A stretch of 61,221 nt of DNA, filler included. It is 7 parts of 7 records of this genome, joined end to end, with 100 filler letters (N's around TTAATTAATTAA, not from the genome) between each part and the next. Parts side by side here need not be neighbours in the genome. Positions count along the whole stretch, not along the records: positions 1 to 9,097 come from DRR723986_19847; positions 9,198 to 21,778 come from DRR723986_19860; 5 more parts are not named here. One strand, 5' to 3'. Below are positions 1 through 9,718 of this stretch, piece by piece. The translations under genes were made by a program, and so were the position numbers. The notes under the pieces are model-generated. The model saw nothing but the letters and a program-made list of their open reading frames with translations, was not told the DNA's origin and did not search any database. Each line of letters begins with the position of its first letter. The first letter of the stretch is position 1.

Positions 1-110
1 GGTCGAGCCCTTAGGGCTGGACCCGGTTGTTTTTGAGAATGGAATCGAGAGTTTTTTGGATAACATTCAACCCGAATCTCAACAATTATTGAGACTGCAG
101 CTTTTGAGCC
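1..110 (+). repeat. REP/MITE-like dispersed repeat, copy 1 (palindrome GGTCGAGCCC-TTA-GGGCTGGACC plus ~85 nt tail)
   Basis: Bases 1-24 are the exact reverse complement of 5661-5684. Similarity continues by eye (gagagttttttggataacattc vs aagagatttttagataacattc). The contig begins inside the element. Confidence 0.75.
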
Positions 111-316
111 CAATGACTTGAGACTCACGGCTGTGAGTCCACATCGTCGCGTAGTCAAGAGCCACTCAACGGAGTGCAACTCAAGACTCGGCGCAAAACA
201 AGAAATTCAAAAGAACCTGAGACAGAAGTGAAGCGCATGCGAAAGGCCTGGCTCAAAGTGATCAAGAAAATGATCAAAAAGGCGACCCTCAAAATGTTAA
301 GACCTAAAGACACATC

Positions 317-2830
317 TTAACGCACTACATTAATCTGAACTTCGTACGAATCCGCGCCGCCACGTGTGCGCACCAGATATGCCGCCGGCGCCAGACCGCT
401 GCAATCGAAATACAAATTATCGAGTCCCTTTGTTAAAATCCGCATTACAATCCGACCCTGCAAGTCACAGACCTCAAGAAAATGAGTATCAGACGGAATC
501 CCAAAAATCGAAACAATATCGGCAACTGGATTGGGCACACTTAACAGATTCCCAGAGCGCACAGTTGTTTCAACATCCGCTGAGCCGACGACAATTGTTG
601 TGACCGCATCGTTTGTAAGCACGACTTCATTGTAGTCAAAGTAAATACCGGCACGATTGCGAATCTGCGTGCCAACCTTCACCGAGTTTTTGAGATCAAC
701 GCGATACTTAACAAAACCTTGGCTACCCAGCAGATCCGTCGTACTATCCGGCAAGTAAATATCGGCAAATGTGAACTCCAGGATATTCTTCTCCAGCAAA
801 GTGACCTCGTAATCGTGACTCGCAGCGCCAAAACGCAGACGCCGCAGATCAAGGGACTCAGGCAGTGTATCGCGCACGACCACGTTAAAAGTTGTGTCGT
901 TGCCCGTATTCTGAAAACGAATCATATACGAGAGGGTTTTAACGTTTGGCAGAATCTGCCCATCCACACCTTCACCCTGCGGCCAGACGCGGATATCGTT
1001 GGGGTCAAAACCACCGGTGACCTCGGTACACATTTCATCGCGAGCATCTTCACAATCGTCACTACTTTGCTCAGCGAGAGTTTCAAGCAATGCACAATAG
1101 TTATCGCCACGCTGCGCATCGCGTGAAACTTTCAGATTCACGACTATTTTCCCAGTGCCGAACACAGGCAGGTCAGTGATTTCCCATTCGGCAGAGCCGG
1201 CACCTTGATTACTGACGGGAACTGATGCTTTTGTGAACTCAAGGCGATCATCATATGTTAAGTTAAGTTTTCCGTTAAATGGTAGCGTCCCAGCGTTTTC
1301 GTATTCAATGATGTATTGCCCGGAACGCCCGGGACGGAAGCGGCTGCTAATCAGGCTAACACTTAAACAATTCAGGTCCTGTACTGCCGCCTGCGGGAAG
1401 TCAAGTGGCTCAGAGTCGGCGGAGCCACCTGGAATTTGGAAGGAAATATTTTTTGAGTCGCAACTACTGCCCCAGCCTGGCAAACTATGAACTTTAGCAG
1501 AGTAACTTCCATCCGGCAAAAAAGCTCTGAACCCGCCATCTTCGCGGGTAACCGCCCAATATTCGCCAGAGTTAATCTCAACAAGTCGGTTTTCGATTCC
1601 GCGCGAATTAAGGGACCAATCGCAGCTAGCATCCTCGTTATAGAAGACGCGTCCATTAACAATACTTGAGTTTATCTGAGTCCTAAAGACCTCCAGTCGA
1701 TAATCATCGGCTTCTTTATACTCCAGATGTTTGAGGATGAATTTTTCATTTGCATTAACTGCCAGGAAAGACATCAACCTGGCGGAATCGGTGCCTTCAA
1801 GTCCTTTAATTGTTCGTTCCACAAATGTGGCATTCCCCTGGTTTTCAAGTAGTGTAATCTGATTTCCACCTACTTTCTTACGCAGAAAGTCATCATCTCC
1901 ATCACCATCATAGTCAATCAAGCAAGAAGGCAGGCTTAGTTGCCCAAGATTAACTCTGGCATTGGCATGCTGTTCAAATGTTCCGTCGGCATTCTGCAGG
2001 TACAGTATTTCGTCCGCACTATCGAAGCGATGTTGGTAAATATCGAGGAAGTTGTCATTATTGAAATCAGAGACGAAGTGAAACGATCCCTTAAACTCGG
2101 CATTGATCGTAGACTGCTTAAATTGCAGGGTCTGCGAACCGAAGTATATGTCCAATCCGGTATTTCCAGTACTGAGGCTGATGTCCAAAATCCCGTCGCG
2201 GTTAAAGTCACCAACATTTATCGTTTGCCCCGTGTGCTGCCGGTTCGTGGGGAACTCAGAACGTTTTTCAAATCTTCCATTTCCATCATTGATGTATATG
2301 GAGCAATGCTCAGTACTTGCAGCCCCGTAGTAGGCGGAAACGTAATCCAGGCGGCCGTCTCCATTAAAATCACCCGTCCGCACTTGGTTTGGCCGCCAAA
2401 CATCGTGCTCGGAAACTTTCTCAAATTGCCCGGACTTCTTAAGCTCAAAGTAAACGGTCCAATAATCTGAGAAGAGGTCCTTGTAGGTAACCAACAGGTC
2501 CTTAAGTCCATCGCCAGAAAAATCGCCGACTACGATTGAAAATTCAGAGTCAAAGACATTTTCCGGCAGAATAACCTGATGAAGTTTAAAACCTTCAGCG
2601 CCACCAAACAGGATTCTGACCCCACCCTTTTGCGACGAATAGCTGTGCACAAGATCAGGCCATCCGTCGTTGTTAAGATCCGTAAAACGAACAAGTTCAT
2701 TGAAGTCGTAGCGGTGCACCGGAGCTATTTCGTAGCTTTTGGCATGTGCCTGCGATTTTGCCGAATTTGTTCCGAGACAGCACAAGCCCAGCACTAAAAA
2801 CAAATACTTCCAGGCGTGAATACGATTCAT
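317..2830 (-). CDS. Secreted FG-GAP/VCBS-repeat protein with DUF11/DUF7619-like C-terminal domains and T9SS type A-like sorting tail (paralog 1)
   Basis: Signal peptide; multiple DxNxDGxxD Ca-binding motifs (DLNNDGWPD, GDFSGDGLKD, GDFNGDGRLD, GDFNRDGILD); FDPNDI...YMIRFQNTGNDT...NRAGIYFDYN domain; PNP...DLQGRIV...YLVR tail. Confidence 0.85.
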   Translation of the reverse strand: MNRIHAWKYLFLVLGLCCLGTNSAKSQAHAKSYEIAPVHRYDFNELVRFTDLNNDGWPDLVHSYSSQKGGVRILFGGAEGFKLHQVILPENVFDSEFSIVVGDFSGDGLKDLLVTYKDLFSDYWTVYFELKKSGQFEKVSEHDVWRPNQVRTGDFNGDGRLDYVSAYYGAASTEHCSIYINDGNGRFEKRSEFPTNRQHTGQTINVGDFNRDGILDISLSTGNTGLDIYFGSQTLQFKQSTINAEFKGSFHFVSDFNNDNFLDIYQHRFDSADEILYLQNADGTFEQHANARVNLGQLSLPSCLIDYDGDGDDDFLRKKVGGNQITLLENQGNATFVERTIKGLEGTDSARLMSFLAVNANEKFILKHLEYKEADDYRLEVFRTQINSSIVNGRVFYNEDASCDWSLNSRGIENRLVEINSGEYWAVTREDGGFRAFLPDGSYSAKVHSLPGWGSSCDSKNISFQIPGGSADSEPLDFPQAAVQDLNCLSVSLISSRFRPGRSGQYIIEYENAGTLPFNGKLNLTYDDRLEFTKASVPVSNQGAGSAEWEITDLPVFGTGKIVVNLKVSRDAQRGDNYCALLETLAEQSSDDCEDARDEMCTEVTGGFDPNDIRVWPQGEGVDGQILPNVKTLSYMIRFQNTGNDTTFNVVVRDTLPESLDLRRLRFGAASHDYEVTLLEKNILEFTFADIYLPDSTTDLLGSQGFVKYRVDLKNSVKVGTQIRNRAGIYFDYNEVVLTNDAVTTIVVGSADVETTVRSGNLLSVPNPVADIVSIFGIPSDTHFLEVCDLQGRIVMRILTKGLDNLYFDCSGLAPAAYLVRTRGGADSYEVQINVVR

Positions 2831-2875
2831 AGTTTTTCCATCAGCTATAATGCACTCTGAATAATTTTTGTTAGG

Positions 2876-5398
2876 TCAGGGTACTATGTTAAATTTCCTT
2901 TGCTGAATCATACCAACCTGCGAACCAGCGAATGCTCTGCCGCGCACCTGCACAAAGTAAGTTCCGGGTTCTAATCCTTGCAGACTCAAGTCCACACGCC
3001 GCTGAGACTCAAGTGCAAGACGCAAGACTGTGCGCCCCAGAACATCTACAAGCTCAAGCGTCGCGGCGGAGAGATCCAGGCCTTCAACTGTTAATCTGTC
3101 AGTCGCAGGATTAGGAAAAAGTCGCAAAGACGGAAAAGCGGTCACTTCATCAACTGAAGTCACACCTTCCACAATTGTCGTTAGCGCGTCATTGGTTAAC
3201 ACCACCGGATTAAAGTCAAAGTATATACCCGCACGGTTGCGTAGCTCTGTGCCGGTAGCAAGGTCCGCCTCCAAGTCGATTCTGTACTTAACAAACCCCT
3301 GACTACCTAGTTCGTCCGTAGTGCTGTCCGGCAACATTATATCGGCAAAGGTAAACTCCAGAATACGGTTTTTGAGTAGATCAAGCGTGTATGCATGGCT
3401 CGATGCTCCCAGGCGCAGGCGGCGCACATCCAGGCCCGCCGGCAATGTATCGCGCACCACAACATTAAAAGTCGTGTCATTACCCGTATTCTGAAAACGG
3501 ATCATGTACGTGAGTGTCTTAACATCGCGCGTTATCCGGCCATCACCACCCTGTCCGCGCGGCCAGACCTGAATATCATTTGGGTCATAGCCGGCAGTCA
3601 CTTCCACACAGAATTCGTCTTCGTGATCCGTAGCTGTCTCGTCTGTCGGGAGCAGATCAGCTTTTACTTCGGCGCAGTAAACGGTTCCAATTGGAGCATC
3701 CATCGGCACCATGAAGTTTAACACCAGTCGCTGAACTGACGCCGGGCCAAAACTCTCAGGTCGCCAGACGGCCAGATTATTGTTAATACTCTCAAGCACT
3801 TCGCTGGAAGAACGGAATGTTAAGTCTTCGTCAAAACGCAGTTCCAATGTGCGGTCAAACGGGGTACTGCCGTCGTTAACACATTCGAGCACATATCGCA
3901 GTTCGCGTCCGGCACGTGCGCGACTCCCGACCAGACTGACGGACAGACTACGAGTCTCTGCCGAACTGACAAGTGGGAATTCCATTTGAACGGACTCTCC
4001 GGCTGTGGCACTGACGGCTGCAGTCTGGACGTTGAGTTCACAATCGACCTGCCAGCCTGCATCTTCAACAATGCTGACGGTGTATTCGCTTGCGGGCAGG
4101 CTAATCCTGAATGCACCATCGCGATCTGTAATTTTAAGATGAGCACCCGGCTGAATTTCGACCAGCCTGTTAATCACCCCATAAGATGCCTGCGAATGCT
4201 CACAGCTGCCGTCGGAGTTATAAAACACCTTGCCGACAATACCGCCGAGTGTACGGGTACTGCGGTGAAAGTGCACTCTGTCGGTAGTTCGGTTAATATC
4301 AGCAATCAGGATTTCCTGCCCCTGGAATATGTCGTACTCGGAGGAGACGTCAAACGGCGTGACCATCGGCGCAAATTCCTGTGCTTTGCTGAAGTTGCCA
4401 TTGCCAAGGTTTTCCAGATAGGAGAGGCCCGGCCGCGACTCGACTTTAAGCACAAGGTCCATGTCACCATCCAGGTCTACATCTATAGCTTCGTCGAATG
4501 CACGCTTGGTACTCCACTGGGCCTGCGGGTGTTGTGAAACACGTTTAAAGCTGCCGTCTGGTTCCTGCAGATACACATTTAACAATATGCCGCGGCCAAC
4601 CTGTGCTATATCGAGGCGTCCATCGGAATTGAAGTCGGCAACCGCATGCGTACCGGAGTCATGCACATCAAGATTAACCGGCGAGAACTCCAGACTTTGC
4701 GAACCGTAAAAAATATCGATTGAACGCCAGTTCTTGTATGTGACGGAGACGTCTGGAAATCCATCGCGATTAAAGTCAGCAACGGAAATATCCGGTCCCT
4801 GAAATTGCTCCTGCACAATCTGGAACTCTGAGTGTTGGCTAAACTCACCACTGCCACTGTTCAAAAACAAGACGCAGCGATTGTTCTCCTGGCGCCTGGT
4901 GTAGTACAAAAAGTCGAGATGCCCGTCCCGATTAAAATCAGCGGTCTGAACTTCTTCCGGATAACCGACTTCAGACTGCGTGTCTTTTGTGAATGCGCCA
5001 TTGGCGTCATTAAGAAACAGGATCGCCGTGCCTTCTTCCGGATTGTCCGCTGAACTCGGATATACAAAGGCTAGAATGTCCTTGTGTCCATCAGCGTTAA
5101 AGTCAGCGATCTGAAGGTACCTGGCAACGTTTCCAACACCAACAGGCAGAGCGTCGCTACCGGCTATTCCGGCTTCAGTCCCCAAATAGATGCGCGCAGT
5201 GGGTCCGGAGTCAGTCGTCAGACTGAGGACTATATCAGGCCAGGAGTCGCCGTTGAGGTCACCCAGAGCCAGGGCATGATAGAATCGATGTTTTGGCAGG
5301 CTGGCAACTGTTTCAAACTGATCAAGCGCCCAGCTTGCCGGAGCCGCAAACAGGAGCAGCAGCAAAGTGGTCAATAGATACTGTATTATTGTCTTCAT
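2876..5398 (-). CDS. Secreted FG-GAP-repeat / DUF7619-like / T9SS type A sorting domain protein (paralog 2)
   Basis: Signal peptide; GDLNGDSWPD, ADFNADGHKD, ADFNRDGHLD motifs; YDPNDI...YMIRFQNTGNDT; canonical LRLFPNPA...DVLGRTV...PGTYFVQV tail. Confidence 0.87.
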   Translation of the reverse strand: MKTIIQYLLTTLLLLLFAAPASWALDQFETVASLPKHRFYHALALGDLNGDSWPDIVLSLTTDSGPTARIYLGTEAGIAGSDALPVGVGNVARYLQIADFNADGHKDILAFVYPSSADNPEEGTAILFLNDANGAFTKDTQSEVGYPEEVQTADFNRDGHLDFLYYTRRQENNRCVLFLNSGSGEFSQHSEFQIVQEQFQGPDISVADFNRDGFPDVSVTYKNWRSIDIFYGSQSLEFSPVNLDVHDSGTHAVADFNSDGRLDIAQVGRGILLNVYLQEPDGSFKRVSQHPQAQWSTKRAFDEAIDVDLDGDMDLVLKVESRPGLSYLENLGNGNFSKAQEFAPMVTPFDVSSEYDIFQGQEILIADINRTTDRVHFHRSTRTLGGIVGKVFYNSDGSCEHSQASYGVINRLVEIQPGAHLKITDRDGAFRISLPASEYTVSIVEDAGWQVDCELNVQTAAVSATAGESVQMEFPLVSSAETRSLSVSLVGSRARAGRELRYVLECVNDGSTPFDRTLELRFDEDLTFRSSSEVLESINNNLAVWRPESFGPASVQRLVLNFMVPMDAPIGTVYCAEVKADLLPTDETATDHEDEFCVEVTAGYDPNDIQVWPRGQGGDGRITRDVKTLTYMIRFQNTGNDTTFNVVVRDTLPAGLDVRRLRLGASSHAYTLDLLKNRILEFTFADIMLPDSTTDELGSQGFVKYRIDLEADLATGTELRNRAGIYFDFNPVVLTNDALTTIVEGVTSVDEVTAFPSLRLFPNPATDRLTVEGLDLSAATLELVDVLGRTVLRLALESQRRVDLSLQGLEPGTYFVQVRGRAFAGSQVGMIQQRKFNIVP

Positions 5399-5574
5399 CG
5401 TTTGAGTCTCTGGTTTGGCAGAGTTTGGGTTGTTAGCTAAACAAGCTGTTGGCTGACCAAGCTGTTGGCTGAATGGGCTTGTAGTCCCTCTTTGTAACTA
5501 TGGGGCTTACGGCTTCGAGTTTCAAATCCTTGTGCCCAAATGCGTCAGTCATGGACTGCGGAATCTAAATTTTT

Positions 5575-5685
5575 CTGGAGAAAGTCACAGTCTACATATT
5601 TGTAGAGTTTGGGAGAGAATGTTATCTAAAAATCTCTTGAATTCAGTCTTCAAGACATCAGGGTCCAGCCCTAAGGGCTCGACCC
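5575..5685 (-). repeat. REP/MITE-like dispersed repeat, copy 2 (inverted relative to copy 1)
   Basis: GGGTCCAGCCCTAAGGGCTCGACCC at 5661-5685; the upstream ~85 nt align with 25-110 when reverse-complemented. Confidence 0.75.
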
Positions 5686-5960
5686 GGTAGGAGATTTTAC
5701 AGTTTTCAATTCCTCCACCGCTAAACCCAATTCCCGTCACACAGTTTCCAAGCTACCGACCGCTAAACCACTTTGCCTTGCATTTATCGAATTTTCAAGA
5801 AATTGGAACTCCAGATCAAATGTTACCCCGAATCAGGATAGAAACAAGCGCCGCGCTGCCGGCCCAAACCTCCAGCACTTCGTGGCTTTGCCATACGCGA
5901 ACCTAACAGCCTTAGGCTAACAGCTTGTTCGGCTTAGGCGCACCCCCCGCAGTTAAGACC

Positions 5961-8477
5961 TCAGCGCACAACATTAATCTGCACTTCCCTGGAATCCACA
6001 CCGCCACGCGTGCGCACCAGATAAGCAGCCGGCGCCAGACCGCTGCAGTCAAACGAGCGCTGCGTAGCTCCTTCGGTTTTAATGCGCATGATTATGCGGC
6101 CCTGCACATCACTGACTTCCAATGTGTGCACATCCGCAGGAATACCCGCAACTGTAACACGCCCGTCTACCGGATTGGGCTGACTTAACAATTTGCCCAA
6201 ACGCGCCGTGGGATCAGACTCGCTTGTTCCAGCGATTATTTCCGTGACGGCAGCGTTTGTTAAAACCACGTCATTAAAGTCAAAGTAGATTCCCGCGCGA
6301 TTGCGAATTTGCGTGCCAACATCCAGGCCGCTCTGCATATCTATTCTGAACTTGATAAATCCCTGACTGCCCAGTAAGTCTGTTGTACTGTCCGGCAGAT
6401 AGATGTCGTCAAAGCGGAATTCAAGGATATTGTTGTTTAACAAGTCAACGCTGTACGCGTGGCTCGTAGCGCCAAAACGCAGGCGGCGTACGTCCAGTTC
6501 TGCAGGTAGGGTATCGCGCACAACAACGGTAAATGCGGTGTCGTTACCCGTATTCTGGAAACGAATCATATAAGCGAGCGTGTTAACATCGCCTGTGATG
6601 CGTCCGTCACCGGCGGTGCCGCGCGGCCAGACGCGGATGTCATTGGGATCATAGCTGCCGGTAACTTCGGTACAGAGTTCGTCCAGATTGTCTTGACTTT
6701 GCGGATTGTCACTTTGAAGTTCTGCCGCAGCGCGCGCGCAGAGTTCATCGCCGCGCATGGCAGCGCGCGGCACAACAAATTTCACAGAGAATTGCCCTGC
6801 CGCACCTGTTGGCAGACTTTGAATTTCCCACTCAGCAAAACCGGCACCGGAGCTCTGTGGCTGGCGACTGAACTGCACTTCTTCCAGCGTCTCATCAAAA
6901 TTGAGAGATACAATTCCGCTGAACGGCAGAGCGCCGACATTGGTATACGAGAGGATATATTCCCCTGCCCGACCGGGACGAAAGCGTGAACTTGCCAAAC
7001 TTACGCTGAGTCTGGGTTCTTTATCTGTAGAATTTCTGGCAAAGTCCAGGTTTTCGATATATCTGTTTTCTTCCGTCAGCGCGATTGAACGCTCGGCCGG
7101 ACTGCAGTCCGTATACCAAAATGGCTCGTCGCTTACTTTAACTGAATAGTCACCAAATGGCAGAAATTTCCCGTAGTGTCCTTCGCTGTCCGTGAGCGCG
7201 CGGTGCCCGCCTGGTTCAATTTCGATGACTTTGGCGGCCAAGGAATACACCTGTTCGTCATCGCTGCAATCACCACTCAACTCAGTGGAGACCGAACCAC
7301 TTAACAACCCTGTTGAGCCGGAAACTTTCCAGACAGTCGTTTTGATGTAATTCCCCAGGATCAACTCTGGAAATTTGTCCTGATCGATATCCATGCTGAT
7401 GCACGCATTAATATCCACCTCCATTTCCGACCAATAGTATTCCTGTGGCTGCGCCTTCATGAGACCGAATTCGGAATTGCAATACAACCACATGTAAAAA
7501 TGATTGGTGCGTACTATAATTTCGGGATAACCATCCAAATTCAGGTCTACTTGCTTCAGCTCAAGAACATCAAAATTGTTACCGGTACTTGGGTCGTAAA
7601 TAGTCAGTGTGTCGCGGTTTTGCAGCCTCAGTGATCGCGGTGAATCCTGTACATAGTATGATATTACATTGTCTCGTTCTGTGACAATGTCGAATGCACC
7701 ATCCCTATTGAAGTCGCCAATACTTTTATAATACCAGCTTGGAATACCTTCATACACGATCCGTTCCCAGCTATTTTGTGCACTGCCATACAAGACCTGT
7801 AGAACAAATTCCCCCGCTGCAGGTCCAGTAGAAACGATATCCACATACCCATCATTATCAAAGTCTACATAATCCATGTGGCCAAGGTTTATCAATTCTG
7901 GAAACTCTGGATCTAGCGTGAACTCTGCAGTACCATCGTTGCGCAATACGGAGACTTCGCCGGCTCTAAAAAGGTATAGCAGAATGTCCAGGTCTGAGTC
8001 GCCATCAATATCAGCCAGATCATTAAACTGAGGCGGAATACGGCTCGAAGAGTCCGAGAGATCCACCAGCGTTCGAGTTGTGACTGTACCGCTCACGTCA
8101 CGCAGAAACCCTAAAATTTTGTGATCTGGGTAAATGTAGACTTTCGCCACCAAATCCAAAATTTCGTCGCCGTTGATATCGCCAACTTCCCAATTAGACA
8201 CGCTGTGTTTTTTGTCAAACTTGTATAGAACCACTTTCTCAGACAGTGCGGCCGGGGCTTCATAATACCGCACGTAAAAGGTGGAGTCAGAATCACTGTA
8301 GAATACGAAGTCAAGCAGACCATCACTATTCATATCTACGGTTCGATACCCCTCAGTATGCCCTTCAAAGGTGTGCAGCAGCTCAAGTTCTACCGAGGCC
8401 TTGGCAAGCTGAACCGACGATAGCGCGATACAGATACACATGATAATCCGCCAAATGCGGGGTGTGATAGTTTGCAT
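5961..8477 (-). CDS. Secreted FG-GAP-repeat / DUF7619-like / T9SS type A-like protein (paralog 3)
   Basis: Signal peptide; DMNSDGLLD, GDINGDEILD, DIDGDSDLD, GDFNRDGAFD motifs; C-terminus nearly the same as paralog 1 (FDCSGLAPAAYLVRTRGG.DS.EVQINVVR). Confidence 0.85.
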   Translation of the reverse strand: MQTITPRIWRIIMCICIALSSVQLAKASVELELLHTFEGHTEGYRTVDMNSDGLLDFVFYSDSDSTFYVRYYEAPAALSEKVVLYKFDKKHSVSNWEVGDINGDEILDLVAKVYIYPDHKILGFLRDVSGTVTTRTLVDLSDSSSRIPPQFNDLADIDGDSDLDILLYLFRAGEVSVLRNDGTAEFTLDPEFPELINLGHMDYVDFDNDGYVDIVSTGPAAGEFVLQVLYGSAQNSWERIVYEGIPSWYYKSIGDFNRDGAFDIVTERDNVISYYVQDSPRSLRLQNRDTLTIYDPSTGNNFDVLELKQVDLNLDGYPEIIVRTNHFYMWLYCNSEFGLMKAQPQEYYWSEMEVDINACISMDIDQDKFPELILGNYIKTTVWKVSGSTGLLSGSVSTELSGDCSDDEQVYSLAAKVIEIEPGGHRALTDSEGHYGKFLPFGDYSVKVSDEPFWYTDCSPAERSIALTEENRYIENLDFARNSTDKEPRLSVSLASSRFRPGRAGEYILSYTNVGALPFSGIVSLNFDETLEEVQFSRQPQSSGAGFAEWEIQSLPTGAAGQFSVKFVVPRAAMRGDELCARAAAELQSDNPQSQDNLDELCTEVTGSYDPNDIRVWPRGTAGDGRITGDVNTLAYMIRFQNTGNDTAFTVVVRDTLPAELDVRRLRFGATSHAYSVDLLNNNILEFRFDDIYLPDSTTDLLGSQGFIKFRIDMQSGLDVGTQIRNRAGIYFDFNDVVLTNAAVTEIIAGTSESDPTARLGKLLSQPNPVDGRVTVAGIPADVHTLEVSDVQGRIIMRIKTEGATQRSFDCSGLAPAAYLVRTRGGVDSREVQINVVR

Positions 8478-8817
8478 TTATACATTCGTGTTACAGTTAT
8501 GACCTCAGTTCTTAGCCTGTCCACCAACTACACGTTCTACGGCCGGATTAGGACTCGCGGACGATCTTGCTGATTAGCTCTGGAAGATACAGAATTCAAA
8601 ACTTTTCAACAGCACCTGGAATTGTTCCCTGTCCGGCGTAGGTGCAATTCACCGGCGAATTTTGCCCGACACCTTCAGTGATCTGCTTCGTTTCGCAAAT
8701 AAGGACAAACCCTATGAGCGCTGCGCCCCCCGCATTTCCATTTGGTGGCTGGCTGTTTTTTTTATGCTTGTCTCCGGGACTTCAGCCCGAAGTCGCTGAG
8801 TCCCTCTGCATGATTGA

Positions 8818-8844
8818 GGCTGTGAGCCCTTAGGGCTCACAGCC
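8818..8844. repeat. REP-like palindrome, copy 3 (GGCTGTGAGCCC-TTA-GGGCTCACAGCC)
   Basis: Perfect 12-bp stem with a TTA loop, sharing the AGCCCTTAGGGCT core with copies 1 and 2. Confidence 0.75.
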
Positions 8845-9097
8845 GAAAATGCACAGGTCTTCAAGCCCGCAGATGCCAGATGTTATACTGCCGAAAATTC
8901 CAAGTCACTTCGTCTAAAGGCGTTCAGCAAGAATCTCAGCGGGCAGTCTCTGCCGCTCAACGGGCAAGTTTTAGAGCTCAAAAGTTTTCCACACAGCTGT
9001 GGTTCAGATGGCTCAGAGAATCGAGACAATTCTAAGACTTCAAGCCCCAAACCCAGTGCAAAACAAAACAATCAAAAAAGCCTGAGACGCCCACTGC

Positions 9098-9197
9098 NNN
9101 NNNNNNNNNNNNNNNNNNNNNNNNNNNNNNNNNNNNNNNNNTTAATTAATTAANNNNNNNNNNNNNNNNNNNNNNNNNNNNNNNNNNNNNNNNNNNN
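9098..9197. other. Artificial contig linker
   Basis: N run around TTAATTAATTAA (stops in all six frames); composition changes across it. Confidence 0.98.
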
Positions 9198-9514
9198 GCT
9201 GGATTGTGGCTGGCGGGAATCATCACGCCCACATCAGCGCGCAGGGAGTGGGTCAGATATCCAACGGCGGGTGTGGGAATGGGACCCAAAAGAAACACAT
9301 CCATCCCAGTGGAGGTGAACCCAGCGGTCAGAGCGTTTTCCAGCATGTACCCAGACAGGCGTGTATCTTTGCCGATGACGACCCGGTGTTCCTGCTTGTC
9401 GGTGCGGAAATAGCGACCAGCGGCGGCTGCAAGACGGAGTGCTACATCTGCAGTCATGGGCCAGGAATTTGCCTGTCCCCGAACGCCATCTGTTCCGAAG
9501 ATACGATCTGTCAT
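9198..9514 (-). CDS. glmM: Phosphoglucosamine mutase, 5' part (truncated by contig end)
   Basis: [13 protein letters not shown]...[18 protein letters not shown]...GPIPTPAV...ASHNP. Confidence 0.95.
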
Positions 9515-9686
9515 AGTACTTTACCCTCGTTGGGTTTGGTTTTTAAAGACGCGATTTTTTATACACGTTTTGAATGAGCTGCCAAGCGTTCCGCCTAAGG
9601 TTCGATCGCTTCGCCCCGATGAAATGCAGCAGGGGGGGGCTGAGCCGCAATGCCACGCTGTCTCAGCGTGGGTACTGAGCTTATGG

Positions 9687-9714
9687 TTGGCTGCTGGCTT
9701 CTACCAGCAGCCAA
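9687..9714. terminator. Stem-loop immediately after the glmS stop (possible terminator or mRNA stability hairpin)
   Basis: TTGGCTGCTGG-cttcta-CCAGCAGCCAA, 11-bp perfect stem; no U-tract on the minus strand. Confidence 0.5.
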
Positions 9715-9718
9715 AACG

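Noticed and set aside
2831-2878. Possible integron attC after paralog 2 (minus strand TG-ACCTAAC-AAAAATTATTCAG fits RYYYAAC)
   Set aside because: Only 45 nt to the next start codon, no GTTRRRY partner or hairpin, and no integron integrase on the contig.
5901-5960. 59-nt TCTTAAC...GTTAGGT segment after paralog 3 resembling an attC site
   Set aside because: Left core does not fit RYYYAAC and the interior is not an extended inverted repeat; GGTCTTAAC also follows paralog 1 and is better explained as duplicated 3' flank.
317-8477. Diversity-generating retroelement behind the paralog variability
   Set aside because: No reverse transcriptase and no template/variable repeat pair differing only at adenines; variation covers whole N-terminal domains.
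9142-9153. TTAATTAATTAA motif recurring six times as a biological repeat
   Set aside because: Always centred in N runs; an artificial six-frame stop linker.
9198-9230. GlmM motif reads IPASHNP instead of the usual ISASHNP
   Set aside because: A single T-to-C change ~20 nt from a contig end is most simply a low-coverage error; the catalytic Ser is intact.
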